DNA of 64,000 bases from Tetramitus jugosus (lineage: Eukaryota > Protista > Heterolobosea), in contig OW569380.1 of assembly GCA_937625935.1 (NCBI GenBank), forward strand, positions 62,001 through 126,000, written 5' to 3'. The notes below the pieces were generated by a model, which had not been told where the DNA came from, did no database searches, and saw nothing but the letters and a program-made list of their open reading frames with translations. This document shows positions 1 through 7,232 of this stretch, in pieces. A program made the position numbers and the translations under genes. How positions within the stretch are numbered: position 1 is the stretch's first letter; each line of letters starts with the position of its first letter.

Positions 1-36
1 TTCATGTACAACTGTATCCTTGTAAGTAAACTTCAT
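1..36 (-). CDS. 5' end of a viral ORF running off the window (MKFTYKDTVVHE...)
   Basis: ATG at 36 preceded by the element's TAAAA motif; open to base 1. Confidence 0.5.
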   Translation of the reverse strand, partial: MKFTYKDTVVHE

Positions 37-97
37 TTTTATTATTTGTTAGATTTTTTTAAATTTAGTTTTTTAAAAATTCTTCATTTATTTTTAA

Positions 98-127
98 AAT
101 CATACAATTTATTTCAATTGTATGATT
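98..127. terminator. Hairpin, 12-bp stem, 3' of ORF 159..734
   Basis: aatcatacaatt-tatttc-aattgtatgatt. Confidence 0.6.
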
Positions 128-158
128 CATTGTTACATTGTTCATTCATAGTGTGAAG

Positions 159-734
159 TTAAAATTCATCAGTAATTGTTGCAATGGTTAAGTATAAAAG
201 ATCATGAAAGAATCTAAATCGAGTACCTTCAATTTCAATTGTACTATCATCCATATGCATACATGTTACATTGATTAATTCCTTACAAAAGATTCTAAAA
301 GTCATTGGAATATCCTTCGTATAAACTGTTGTTTCAATTGAACCTATCCTCAAGAATTCTTTCATAATTATTAGAACAACATCATCGTATAGATTTCCAT
401 CGTATGTAGGCATAATTTCAACTGTTACGAAACGAATCAATGATGTTACAAATAAGATGTCATCCCATTCAAGTTTAGTACCAAACACCATTGATAATTG
501 ATTGAAAACTCCTTGAAGATCTTTGAAAAACATTTTAGTCAATTCAATGTTTTCATCTGAATAAATCATTTCAAAAGGGTCTGGATCTTTACCTAAGAAT
601 CTTAAAGTACATAGACGTACATGTAATTCAAATATCTTTAAATCTTTCTTGATATCATCAGATGGATCTAATGCAAGTTTATAAGTTTCATAGATGATAT
701 CAAGCTCTCTGTTGTAGCGTTCTAAGTCGTTCAT
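159..734 (-). CDS. Viral hypothetical protein, paralog of 967..1512
   Basis: 191-aa ORF with TAAATG start; WDDILFVTSLIRFVTVEIMPT aligns with WKDIKIGRSLINYLTREVLPT. Confidence 0.8.
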   Translation of the reverse strand: MNDLERYNRELDIIYETYKLALDPSDDIKKDLKIFELHVRLCTLRFLGKDPDPFEMIYSDENIELTKMFFKDLQGVFNQLSMVFGTKLEWDDILFVTSLIRFVTVEIMPTYDGNLYDDVVLIIMKEFLRIGSIETTVYTKDIPMTFRIFCKELINVTCMHMDDSTIEIEGTRFRFFHDLLYLTIATITDEF

Positions 735-749
735 TTATTACTATGCGTA

Positions 750-776
750 TAATATGTATCCATTGGATACATATTA
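750..776. terminator. Hairpin, 13-bp arms, 3' of ORF 780..980
   Basis: taatatgtatcca-t-tggatacatatta. Confidence 0.65.
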
Positions 777-779
777 GTT

Positions 780-980
780 TTAACAATCAATTACTCCATC
801 CAGGAAATCGATAAGTCCTTCAAGGTTCTTACGTTCATCTTCTAACTCTTTAAGTTTCTCTTGAACATCATTGATTAATGCTTTTGTAACTTTCATTTCA
901 TCTTCTTTACATTGAAGTTCTAATTGAAGTTCAATTATAAAGAATTGAAGGTCTTTAATCTCTGAATCAATGTCTATCAT
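780..980 (-). CDS. Small acidic coiled-coil viral protein
   Basis: 66 aa with heptad pattern; overlaps the end of 967..1512. Confidence 0.65.
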   Translation of the reverse strand: MIDIDSEIKDLQFFIIELQLELQCKEDEMKVTKALINDVQEKLKELEDERKNLEGLIDFLDGVIDC

Positions 981-1512
981 TGCGTATTGCTTTTAATAGT
1001 ACAAACAATAACTTATGTTGTTCAGGATTTATATCAATCGGTCTTCCATCACGATATTGATCAGATAATTCAATTAATGTTTTAACTAAAACTTTTTCAA
1101 CTACTCTTGTTTCAGTCGATACACTTTTCAATGTATTGATTACAACACGTTCAAACTCTTCATTGTTATAGACGTAGCTGAATGTTGGTAAAACTTCTCG
1201 AGTTAAATAGTTGATTAAACTTCGTCCAATCTTTATATCTTTCCATGTTCCGTAGTCATCGTCTAACCAATCAATGTTGTCTTCTCTTAATGCTTCTCTG
1301 AAGATGTCTCTATATACATCTGAATGAAAACTATAAGATTTCAATGAATGTTCGAACATTGAATAAGCGCTTTCTGATCCTGTTGCTTGAAGTAGATCGT
1401 ATCTAAAGAATACTTTGTCTTCAATGTTTGGTTCAATTAGTATCGCCTTATAGATTCCATGGATAACATCTAGTCCAGCTTCATATTTCAAGATATCCTT
1501 GTATTCGTCCAT
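967..1512 (-). CDS. Viral hypothetical protein, paralog of 159..734
   Basis: 181-aa ORF, TAAATG start. Confidence 0.8.
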   Translation of the reverse strand: MDEYKDILKYEAGLDVIHGIYKAILIEPNIEDKVFFRYDLLQATGSESAYSMFEHSLKSYSFHSDVYRDIFREALREDNIDWLDDDYGTWKDIKIGRSLINYLTREVLPTFSYVYNNEEFERVVINTLKSVSTETRVVEKVLVKTLIELSDQYRDGRPIDINPEQHKLLFVLLKAIRNDRH

Positions 1513-1581
1513 TTATTCATTCAGTCGATTATTTCATTCTCTATTTATCCTTTAGTCTATCTATATAATATATTAAAATAA

Positions 1582-1690
1582 CTAAAAAGGTGAGAAGGGT
1601 GAGAAGTGGAGATATAAAAGTATTATGAAATTTAAAAATGAATATAGAAAACTTTTAAAAACGTTCCTCACACCCTTCTCACCTTTTTAG
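1582..1690. repeat. Perfect 20-bp inverted repeat with iterated GGTGAGAAG units around an AT-rich spacer (candidate origin or bidirectional promoter)
   Basis: ctaaaaaggtgagaagggtg (1582-1601) / cacccttctcacctttttag (1671-1690). Confidence 0.75.
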
Positions 1691-1772
1691 ATGTTTCATA
1701 TATATTGAGGATAATACGAATGAATAGAACGAAACTAAAAATAATACAAAACGATACCAAAGGATACAAGCA

Positions 1773-2003
1773 ACTCTAATAATGAGTATAAAACTCGATA
1801 TAGTAAAGCTGAGCATAGTCCCTATATAGGGACTGGTATATTAATGCTTAACTCGAAATAGTAATCGATATCAAGTTTATTGAAGCATAGCTTCAATAAA
1901 TATAGAAATAATAATAAGTATGAGAAATGGATATACTTTATAGCACAGCGTTACTATCAATCCCAGTCGTAGTTTATTATACTGGATCATTAATGATCCA
2001 GTA
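1773..2003. ncRNA. Candidate structured RNA or ssDNA element (multi-stem)
   Basis: Palindromes 1817-1834, 1876-1900, 1980-2003; stem 1916-1938; long-range pairing 1800-1818 with 1939-1957; no ORF. Confidence 0.4.
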
Positions 2004-2085
2004 CTGTTTAATCTATAGAAGAATGTCTAGACCAGAGATAGATAGATGGAAAGATTTGTAAAAAATTATCTAGGATAAAATATAA

Positions 2086-2376
2086 ATGACAGCAACAGCA
2101 ACAAGTATCTTAAATGAAAAGATCAAAAACTTTGTAGAACATGTTAAAGTTCTATTCCCAGACAATACAAGAATACAAACAGATCTAGGGCTCTTCACTT
2201 CAGTACCTTCTATTGAAGTACAAAGATATATCAAGATGTACTTCAAACCCCATCCAACAGAAAAGGTGATTGAAACGCTTCTTGTTAACTACAACATCGA
2301 TAAAGAATCATTAGACCTGGAACATCTAGAGAAATTCAGACGATACATCGAATGTTTCTGTTTTCTTGTAGATTAA
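2086..2376 (+). CDS. Viral protein resembling small conserved NCLDV morphogenesis-cluster proteins
   Basis: N-terminal NEKIKNFVEHVKVLFPD and C-terminal LEKFRRYIECF pattern; TAAATG start; adjacent to A32 ATPase. Confidence 0.7.
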   Translation: MTATATSILNEKIKNFVEHVKVLFPDNTRIQTDLGLFTSVPSIEVQRYIKMYFKPHPTEKVIETLLVNYNIDKESLDLEHLEKFRRYIECFCFLVD

Positions 2377-2382
2377 TAGATT

Positions 2383-3084
2383 ATGATATCAGACTATAAA
2401 ATGTCTAATATCAAGAAATCATACAAACCTCAAATTCAGATATCTGGATGGAATAATGCAAACTTTGTTCAACCCAATACAATTAACTTCCTTGCAGCCG
2501 GTCCAAAGTCAGGTAAATCGTACCTTGTTAGATCAACGGTTAAAGCGATGGCAATTAAGGGAGCATTTGATTATGGAGTAGTTGTTTGTCCAACTGCACA
2601 TATCAATGGAGATTATGGTTTTATGCCAGACGACTATGTTCATACAGAATATTCAGATGATATCATCAAGGATTTAATGGATAGACAGTCGAAGAATAAA
2701 ACTAAAAGAGCTTTCCTTATCCTAGATGATTGTATCGGTTCAATAAGATTTGAGAAATCCTTAATGTCTAAGTTAATCACAACGTATCGTCATTATCGTT
2801 TAACGATCTTCATCACAACTCAGTATTGTAACTCTATTCCACCATTGATCAGAGATTGTTGTACTAATACAATCATTTTCTATCAATTCAGTACAAGAAG
2901 TATCCATGCATTAAAAGAAGCCTTTCTACCTGACATAAATAAAGACGATGATGCAAGACGATTCATAGAAGAGAATACTCAAGATTATCATTTTATCTTT
3001 GTTCGTAATCAGGAGAGACCAGGAAATAGATACTTCAAAATTAAAGCTCCACCTGGCCTACCACGATTTAAATTGAATTTCTAA
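2383..3084 (+). CDS. A32/FtsK-HerA family virion DNA packaging ATPase (likely start 2401)
   Basis: Walker A AGPKSGKS, Walker B FLILDD, A32-type YRHYRLTIFITTQY and IPPLIR motifs. Confidence 0.93.
   Translation: MISDYKMSNIKKSYKPQIQISGWNNANFVQPNTINFLAAGPKSGKSYLVRSTVKAMAIKGAFDYGVVVCPTAHINGDYGFMPDDYVHTEYSDDIIKDLMDRQSKNKTKRAFLILDDCIGSIRFEKSLMSKLITTYRHYRLTIFITTQYCNSIPPLIRDCCTNTIIFYQFSTRSIHALKEAFLPDINKDDDARRFIEENTQDYHFIFVRNQERPGNRYFKIKAPPGLPRFKLNF
2384..2413. terminator. Hairpin (10/11 pairs) 3' of ORF 2086..2376; loop holds TATAAAAT of the next start
   Basis: tgatatcagac-tataaaat-gtctaatatca. Confidence 0.5.
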
Positions 3085-3137
3085 CGAAAGAAAGAAATCA
3101 TCAAAAAAATTTTAGTCATAACTAGAAAACAAAAACA

Positions 3138-3512
3138 ATGGAAGAACAAAATATTTCAAGCCAACTCACAACTTTATCTCTAGATGAAACTCCAACTTTG
3201 GGTATACCTACATATGTACCTGTAGAATCAACAAATCAACCTAAAGTGTCAAAGAAGCTTACAATGACACCAGAAGAAGCTAAAGCATATCTTGCTGCAA
3301 TGGCTCTCAAAGAAAAGGAGACAAGACAAAAGACAAAACTTAAGGAAAAGGAAAGACTTCGTGAATTTATTGGAGTAGATGATACTCATAAACTAATTAA
3401 GAATTGTAAGACGAAGGAAGGAAAGTTTACATTCAGTATTTCAGTCCAAGGTCTTAATGAAGATATTGGAAGAAAAATCTTTCATGCAGTTAATGACATT
3501 CTTAATGAATAA
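3138..3512 (+). CDS. Viral hypothetical protein
   Basis: 124-aa ORF followed by a hairpin. Confidence 0.7.
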   Translation: MEEQNISSQLTTLSLDETPTLGIPTYVPVESTNQPKVSKKLTMTPEEAKAYLAAMALKEKETRQKTKLKEKERLREFIGVDDTHKLIKNCKTKEGKFTFSISVQGLNEDIGRKIFHAVNDILNE

Positions 3513-3516
3513 ATAT

Positions 3517-3547
3517 AGATATACCATATCATATGTATGGTATATCT
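3517..3547. terminator. Hairpin, 12-bp stem, between convergent genes
   Basis: agatataccata-tcatatg-tatggtatatct. Confidence 0.7.
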
Positions 3548-3554
3548 TGTAGAT

Positions 3555-3992
3555 TTAAAACAATCTAGTACCTGATGAAGTAACAGGCATCAATGGTTTA
3601 AGAACAGCATCAGTTGTATATTGGCCAACAATTTCAGAAGCAGCACCTAATAAGAAAGGATGAAGATATATTAATGGGCTAGATACATCGAATCCATTAA
3701 ATATCATGGAACCAATTACAGCAGCACCACCTGTAATTGCAGGTGAAACTAACATTTGAGCACTACCTAAGGCAGTGTTTTGAAGTCCAACTCTAGCCAA
3801 GATTTGATCCTTGAATGTTGCATTGACTAAAGATGCGCTACCAATAATACCTGCATTGAGTATTCCAAGATTAACATTGGAACCGTAAATATTGACTACA
3901 CTACCAGGGTACATTATTTGACTTCCTACGAAACCAGCAACAGCTGTTACGGAAGGTTTGATTACATTATCGAGATTGCTTACACGTGACAT
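3555..3992 (-). CDS. Hydrophobic G/A-rich viral membrane protein (candidate inner-membrane protein)
   Basis: 145 aa with several hydrophobic small-residue helices; TAAAATG start. Confidence 0.75.
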   Translation of the reverse strand: MSRVSNLDNVIKPSVTAVAGFVGSQIMYPGSVVNIYGSNVNLGILNAGIIGSASLVNATFKDQILARVGLQNTALGSAQMLVSPAITGGAAVIGSMIFNGFDVSSPLIYLHPFLLGAASEIVGQYTTDAVLKPLMPVTSSGTRLF

Positions 3993-4001
3993 TTTATATG
4001 T

Positions 4002-4036
4002 AAAGGAATTTTCTATTCACAATATGTAATTCCTTT
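4002..4036. terminator. Interrupted hairpin 3' of ORF 4040..4627
   Basis: aaaggaatt / aattccttt outer stem, tatt-cac-aata inner stem. Confidence 0.5.
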
Positions 4037-4039
4037 CAA

Positions 4040-4627
4040 TTAAAGATCGCTAAACCTTTCAATGTCTTCATCCGATACAGGTTTATCTAAATTGATAACT
4101 TCGATACTTTGAGCTTGAACGTTAAGAGTATGTAGAGTGAATGCAGTTTGCATCATTTTAAAAGTCATTCTAGTCATTGGATTCATATTGACATCTATAT
4201 CTAACATCTGTTCCTTGAAGTCATCGACGAAATCTTCACTGTTCATCAACATATCTGACATTCCCTGAATTCTCAAACCAGCAAACTTTGTACCTATTCC
4301 TTCAATTGCTCTTAAACCGAAGTTTAAAGTACCCATCTCAATTTGTTCATTATTTCTATATGAAATTCTCTTCCTCAATGTAGTATTATACGCTTCTAAT
4401 TCTTCCAATGACAATGTAGCTAAATCAGTTCTAGGAACATGTCCAACCAATTTATGTCCAAAGTTGACTTCCGCCTTGTTAATTCTTGATAAAAGTTGAA
4501 TTCGTTTCTCGATATCTTCTTTTGACTCGACAATAATAGGTTCTTCAACGGGTTGTGGTCCATTCATCTCGATAACTGAATCATCCTCAGTTGGATAATG
4601 TTCGAAACCTTCTTCTTGTACTTCCAT
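4040..4627 (-). CDS. DUF5767-like conserved NCLDV/PLV protein
   Basis: SLEELE...AIEG...LRIQGMSD...MNPMTRM...AFTLHTLN follows the family pattern as recalled (SLEE..GIE..LDGWSE..PEL..AFMFH.TN). Confidence 0.65.
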   Translation of the reverse strand: MEVQEEGFEHYPTEDDSVIEMNGPQPVEEPIIVESKEDIEKRIQLLSRINKAEVNFGHKLVGHVPRTDLATLSLEELEAYNTTLRKRISYRNNEQIEMGTLNFGLRAIEGIGTKFAGLRIQGMSDMLMNSEDFVDDFKEQMLDIDVNMNPMTRMTFKMMQTAFTLHTLNVQAQSIEVINLDKPVSDEDIERFSDL

Positions 4628-4652
4628 TTTATTTAATTACTGTATAGATAAA

Positions 4653-5351
4653 ATGGAACAAAGACTACTACGATTAAATTTGAATTCCACTCAAGTGAAT
4701 GTTAGTTCATTAGTACCAGTAGATAATGTTGAATCCATTGAATTGGTAGGTTACTCAATATTTAATACTGCGTATAACATCAATCAATACAATGCAACAT
4801 TTGGATTAGGAAGTTCAACCATCACTTTGCCTTATGGAAATTACACTGCTTCTCAAGCTGCTTCTATTCTTGAATATTATTTACCAGCCAGTTCAGTTGT
4901 AGTCTATGATGATGTATCAGGTAAATTCAAGATCCAAACACCAACACTTCAAGATTGGAAGTTGGCTAATTATCCAAGTTTCTGTAAGTTATTTGGATTG
5001 AACCCAGTAGATGTCACTGCAACTCAAATTGATAGTGTTAAACATGCAGTAATGACTAATCCTTATTACTATCTAATTATCAAGGAATTACCCAATGATG
5101 ATGTATCAGAAAGACCATGCTTCGTTGTTATCTATAATAATGTTGAACCTGGAGGTCTTCTTACTAAACCACCAGGTGAATACATCATACCAAGACCAAT
5201 CAGAACAACTACATCTATGGGATTAATTGGAAGATTGAACATAGAATTGAGAGATTCAGATTACAATATTGTAGATCTCAATGGATCTGAATGGATGTTA
5301 GAGTTTAGATTGACATCTGGTCATCGTACAAAAAATACTTACATCGTATAA
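4653..5351 (+). CDS. Minor capsid (penton-like single jelly-roll) protein
   Basis: YSIFNTAYNIN, ITLPYGNYT and LNIELRDSDYNIVDLNGSEWMLEFRL motifs typical of PLV/NCLDV minor capsid proteins. Confidence 0.82.
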   Translation: MEQRLLRLNLNSTQVNVSSLVPVDNVESIELVGYSIFNTAYNINQYNATFGLGSSTITLPYGNYTASQAASILEYYLPASSVVVYDDVSGKFKIQTPTLQDWKLANYPSFCKLFGLNPVDVTATQIDSVKHAVMTNPYYYLIIKELPNDDVSERPCFVVIYNNVEPGGLLTKPPGEYIIPRPIRTTTSMGLIGRLNIELRDSDYNIVDLNGSEWMLEFRLTSGHRTKNTYIV

Positions 5352-5501
5352 ATGGCAAAGAAAACTAAAGCTCAGATGAGTGCAATGGGTAAAGAAATCC
5401 AAAAGTATAGACGAGAATACATCAAGGCGCATCCAAGTGCATCCAATTCAACTGCAATGAAAGCAGCAGGTAAAAAATGGAAGGATAATCATAAGAAGTA
5501 A
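5352..5501 (+). CDS. 49-aa basic HMG-box/YABBY-like mini-protein (not in ORF track)
   Basis: MAKKTKAQMSAMGKEIQKYRREYIKAHPSASNSTAMKAAGKKWKDNHKK; ATG abuts the penton stop (TAAATG); hairpin follows. Confidence 0.78.
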   Translation: MAKKTKAQMSAMGKEIQKYRREYIKAHPSASNSTAMKAAGKKWKDNHKK

Positions 5502-5509
5502 ATGTAAAA

Positions 5510-5540
5510 AAGTATTATCAGAATAATTCTGATAATACTT
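5510..5540. terminator. Hairpin, 15-bp arms
   Basis: aagtattatcagaat-a-attctgataatactt. Confidence 0.7.
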
Positions 5541-5544
5541 AAAA

Positions 5545-5742
5545 ATGATAGACATACACGCTTATTTAAAACAACGTGAAGAAAGAATAAGAAGATTGGA
5601 AAAAGAAGCTACTCAGCTTTACAACGACTTTATGAATGATAACGGATCAATTCCATTTGAAGAACGTATTGAACTTGCAAAAGAAGCAACCAAGAAATTT
5701 GTTGAGGAAGGAATGGATTCAATTAATATAATGATTCAATGA
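5545..5742 (+). CDS. Viral helical protein, short paralog of 5773..6156
   Basis: YLKQREERIRRLEKEA..LAKEATKKFVEEGM vs YLTARLEQIEKLEEKA..LATEAARAFIQEGM. Confidence 0.75.
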   Translation: MIDIHAYLKQREERIRRLEKEATQLYNDFMNDNGSIPFEERIELAKEATKKFVEEGMDSINIMIQ

Positions 5743-5772
5743 AATAAAAATCCAAGTATATAGTAAATAATA

Positions 5773-6156
5773 ATGAGCGGATATATTGGAGCATTTAAAG
5801 CAGCTAATTTAGCAGGTGTCGATAGAACCATTTCCGATGCTTTCGGTTTATCCGATAACATCTATGATACAAAGAAATATTTAGAAGCGATGAGAGGCCC
5901 TGAGGCGTATTTAACTGCTCGTCTAGAGCAAATTGAAAAGCTTGAGGAGAAAGCGAATGGAGTTTTTACAGATTTTCTGGATAAAAACAAGGGTCTTCCA
6001 GCCAATAAACGCCAAGTATTAGCCACTGAAGCAGCCAGGGCTTTTATCCAAGAAGGTATGTTGAGGATCGATGCTGAGTACCCAGAAAATTTCAATGGTC
6101 ATAATGTCGCAAAGGCTGCAATGAAAAAACAGAAAAAGAACAGTCTACTGTTCTAA
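5773..6156 (+). CDS. Viral helical protein with basic tail
   Basis: 127 aa; paralog of the upstream ORF. Confidence 0.78.
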   Translation: MSGYIGAFKAANLAGVDRTISDAFGLSDNIYDTKKYLEAMRGPEAYLTARLEQIEKLEEKANGVFTDFLDKNKGLPANKRQVLATEAARAFIQEGMLRIDAEYPENFNGHNVAKAAMKKQKKNSLLF

Positions 6157-6166
6157 GTATTAAAAT

Positions 6167-6194
6167 AATATACATGTTGTAAAACATGTATATT
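6167..6194. terminator. Hairpin, 12-bp stem, overlapping the next ATG
   Basis: aatatacatgtt-gtaa-aacatgtatatt. Confidence 0.6.
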
Positions 6195-6704
6195 CGTAGC
6201 TCTCCAAGTAGAAGTATATACGATTGGAATCCGTATCCAAGTGATATCTACAGTATGGCTTTTAACCAGGCTAGAAGAAAGAAGAAAACCGTTTACCCTG
6301 TTTTTACACCGCCTACAACTCCAACTGAAACTTATCTATGGACTCCTAAACGAGAAGAACGTTACGCTTATACACCTCAATCAACATCATCTTATAATGA
6401 TGAGTTGATGATGGAAGATGTTTATGAATCTCCTTCAACTCCTTCTCCTCAGGTTTATAAGAAGCTAGAATTATCTCCGCCACCAAATGCACCATTCTAC
6501 ACTCCTAAGTTAAAATTGTCTCCACCTCCCAATGCAGAATTCTATGCTTCCAATCAATTAGTATTGTCGCCTCCACCTAACGAGAAGATGTATGCTTCAG
6601 ATTCATCATTTGATTCACCTGATATCAAGAAGCCATCTCCATCTAAAGGAAAGAAGGTAGTTAAGAATATCTTTCAAGCCATAAAGAAGAAAACAAGAAA
6701 GTAA
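6186..6704 (+). CDS. S/T-P-rich basic viral protein with 3x LSPPPN repeats (candidate core protein)
   Basis: 172 aa, low complexity, K-rich ends. Confidence 0.7.
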   Translation: MYIRSSPSRSIYDWNPYPSDIYSMAFNQARRKKKTVYPVFTPPTTPTETYLWTPKREERYAYTPQSTSSYNDELMMEDVYESPSTPSPQVYKKLELSPPPNAPFYTPKLKLSPPPNAEFYASNQLVLSPPPNEKMYASDSSFDSPDIKKPSPSKGKKVVKNIFQAIKKKTRK

Positions 6705-6717
6705 TACATATATCAAA

Positions 6718-7194
6718 ATGGCCGACAAGAAGAAGAAGAAAACCAAGAAATCATCCAAGAAAGATACCAGTATCGAAAAAGTCCTTGAGTTAATGAACGA
6801 ATTCCAAGAATTCAGACAATTCAAGAAACTAGCACTTAAGAAACCGAAAAGTCTTCCAATGTATACCGCACCCCCTAAATATAAAGGTAAACTTCCAAAC
6901 TTCGGTGGAGCTAAAAGAACATCTGCCTCCGGTGGTCCTGTACCAAGTAGACACTATGCCCCTATGGTAACACCGAGAATTCCAACTGGATTTGCATCAA
7001 GTACACCGTCAAGATTTGGAACACCTGCTCGTTTTATTCCAGCGTATAGAACACCTTTCGCCGTTAACATTAATCCACTTGGTGGATCGATTAAAACTGA
7101 AGTAATGGAAAACATCGCTCCTCCTAGTCCAATGTATTGGCCCACGCAAGCTATAGAGACATTCCCTATGCCTCGTGTCCCAACTCCTAAATAA
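6718..7194 (+). CDS. Lys-rich, Pro-rich viral protein (candidate core protein)
   Basis: MADKKKKKTKKSSKK N-terminus; multiple TP/SP sites. Confidence 0.7.
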   Translation: MADKKKKKTKKSSKKDTSIEKVLELMNEFQEFRQFKKLALKKPKSLPMYTAPPKYKGKLPNFGGAKRTSASGGPVPSRHYAPMVTPRIPTGFASSTPSRFGTPARFIPAYRTPFAVNINPLGGSIKTEVMENIAPPSPMYWPTQAIETFPMPRVPTPK

Positions 7195-7200
7195 TTTTGA

Positions 7201-7228
7201 TATTATTAGACTGAATAGTCTAATAATA
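7201..7228. terminator. Hairpin, 12-bp stem, between convergent genes
   Basis: tattattagact-gaat-agtctaataata. Confidence 0.7.
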
Positions 7229-7232
7229 CACA

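Noticed and set aside
1773-2003. CRISPR-like array or hammerhead ribozyme in the hairpin cluster
   Set aside because: Hairpins differ in sequence and spacing, so there is no repeat-spacer unit; ctgagca does not match the CUGANGA core
6718-7194. Adenain-type cleavage sites at FGG/LGG
   Set aside because: P4 residues do not fit (M/I/L)xGG, and no protease gene is visible
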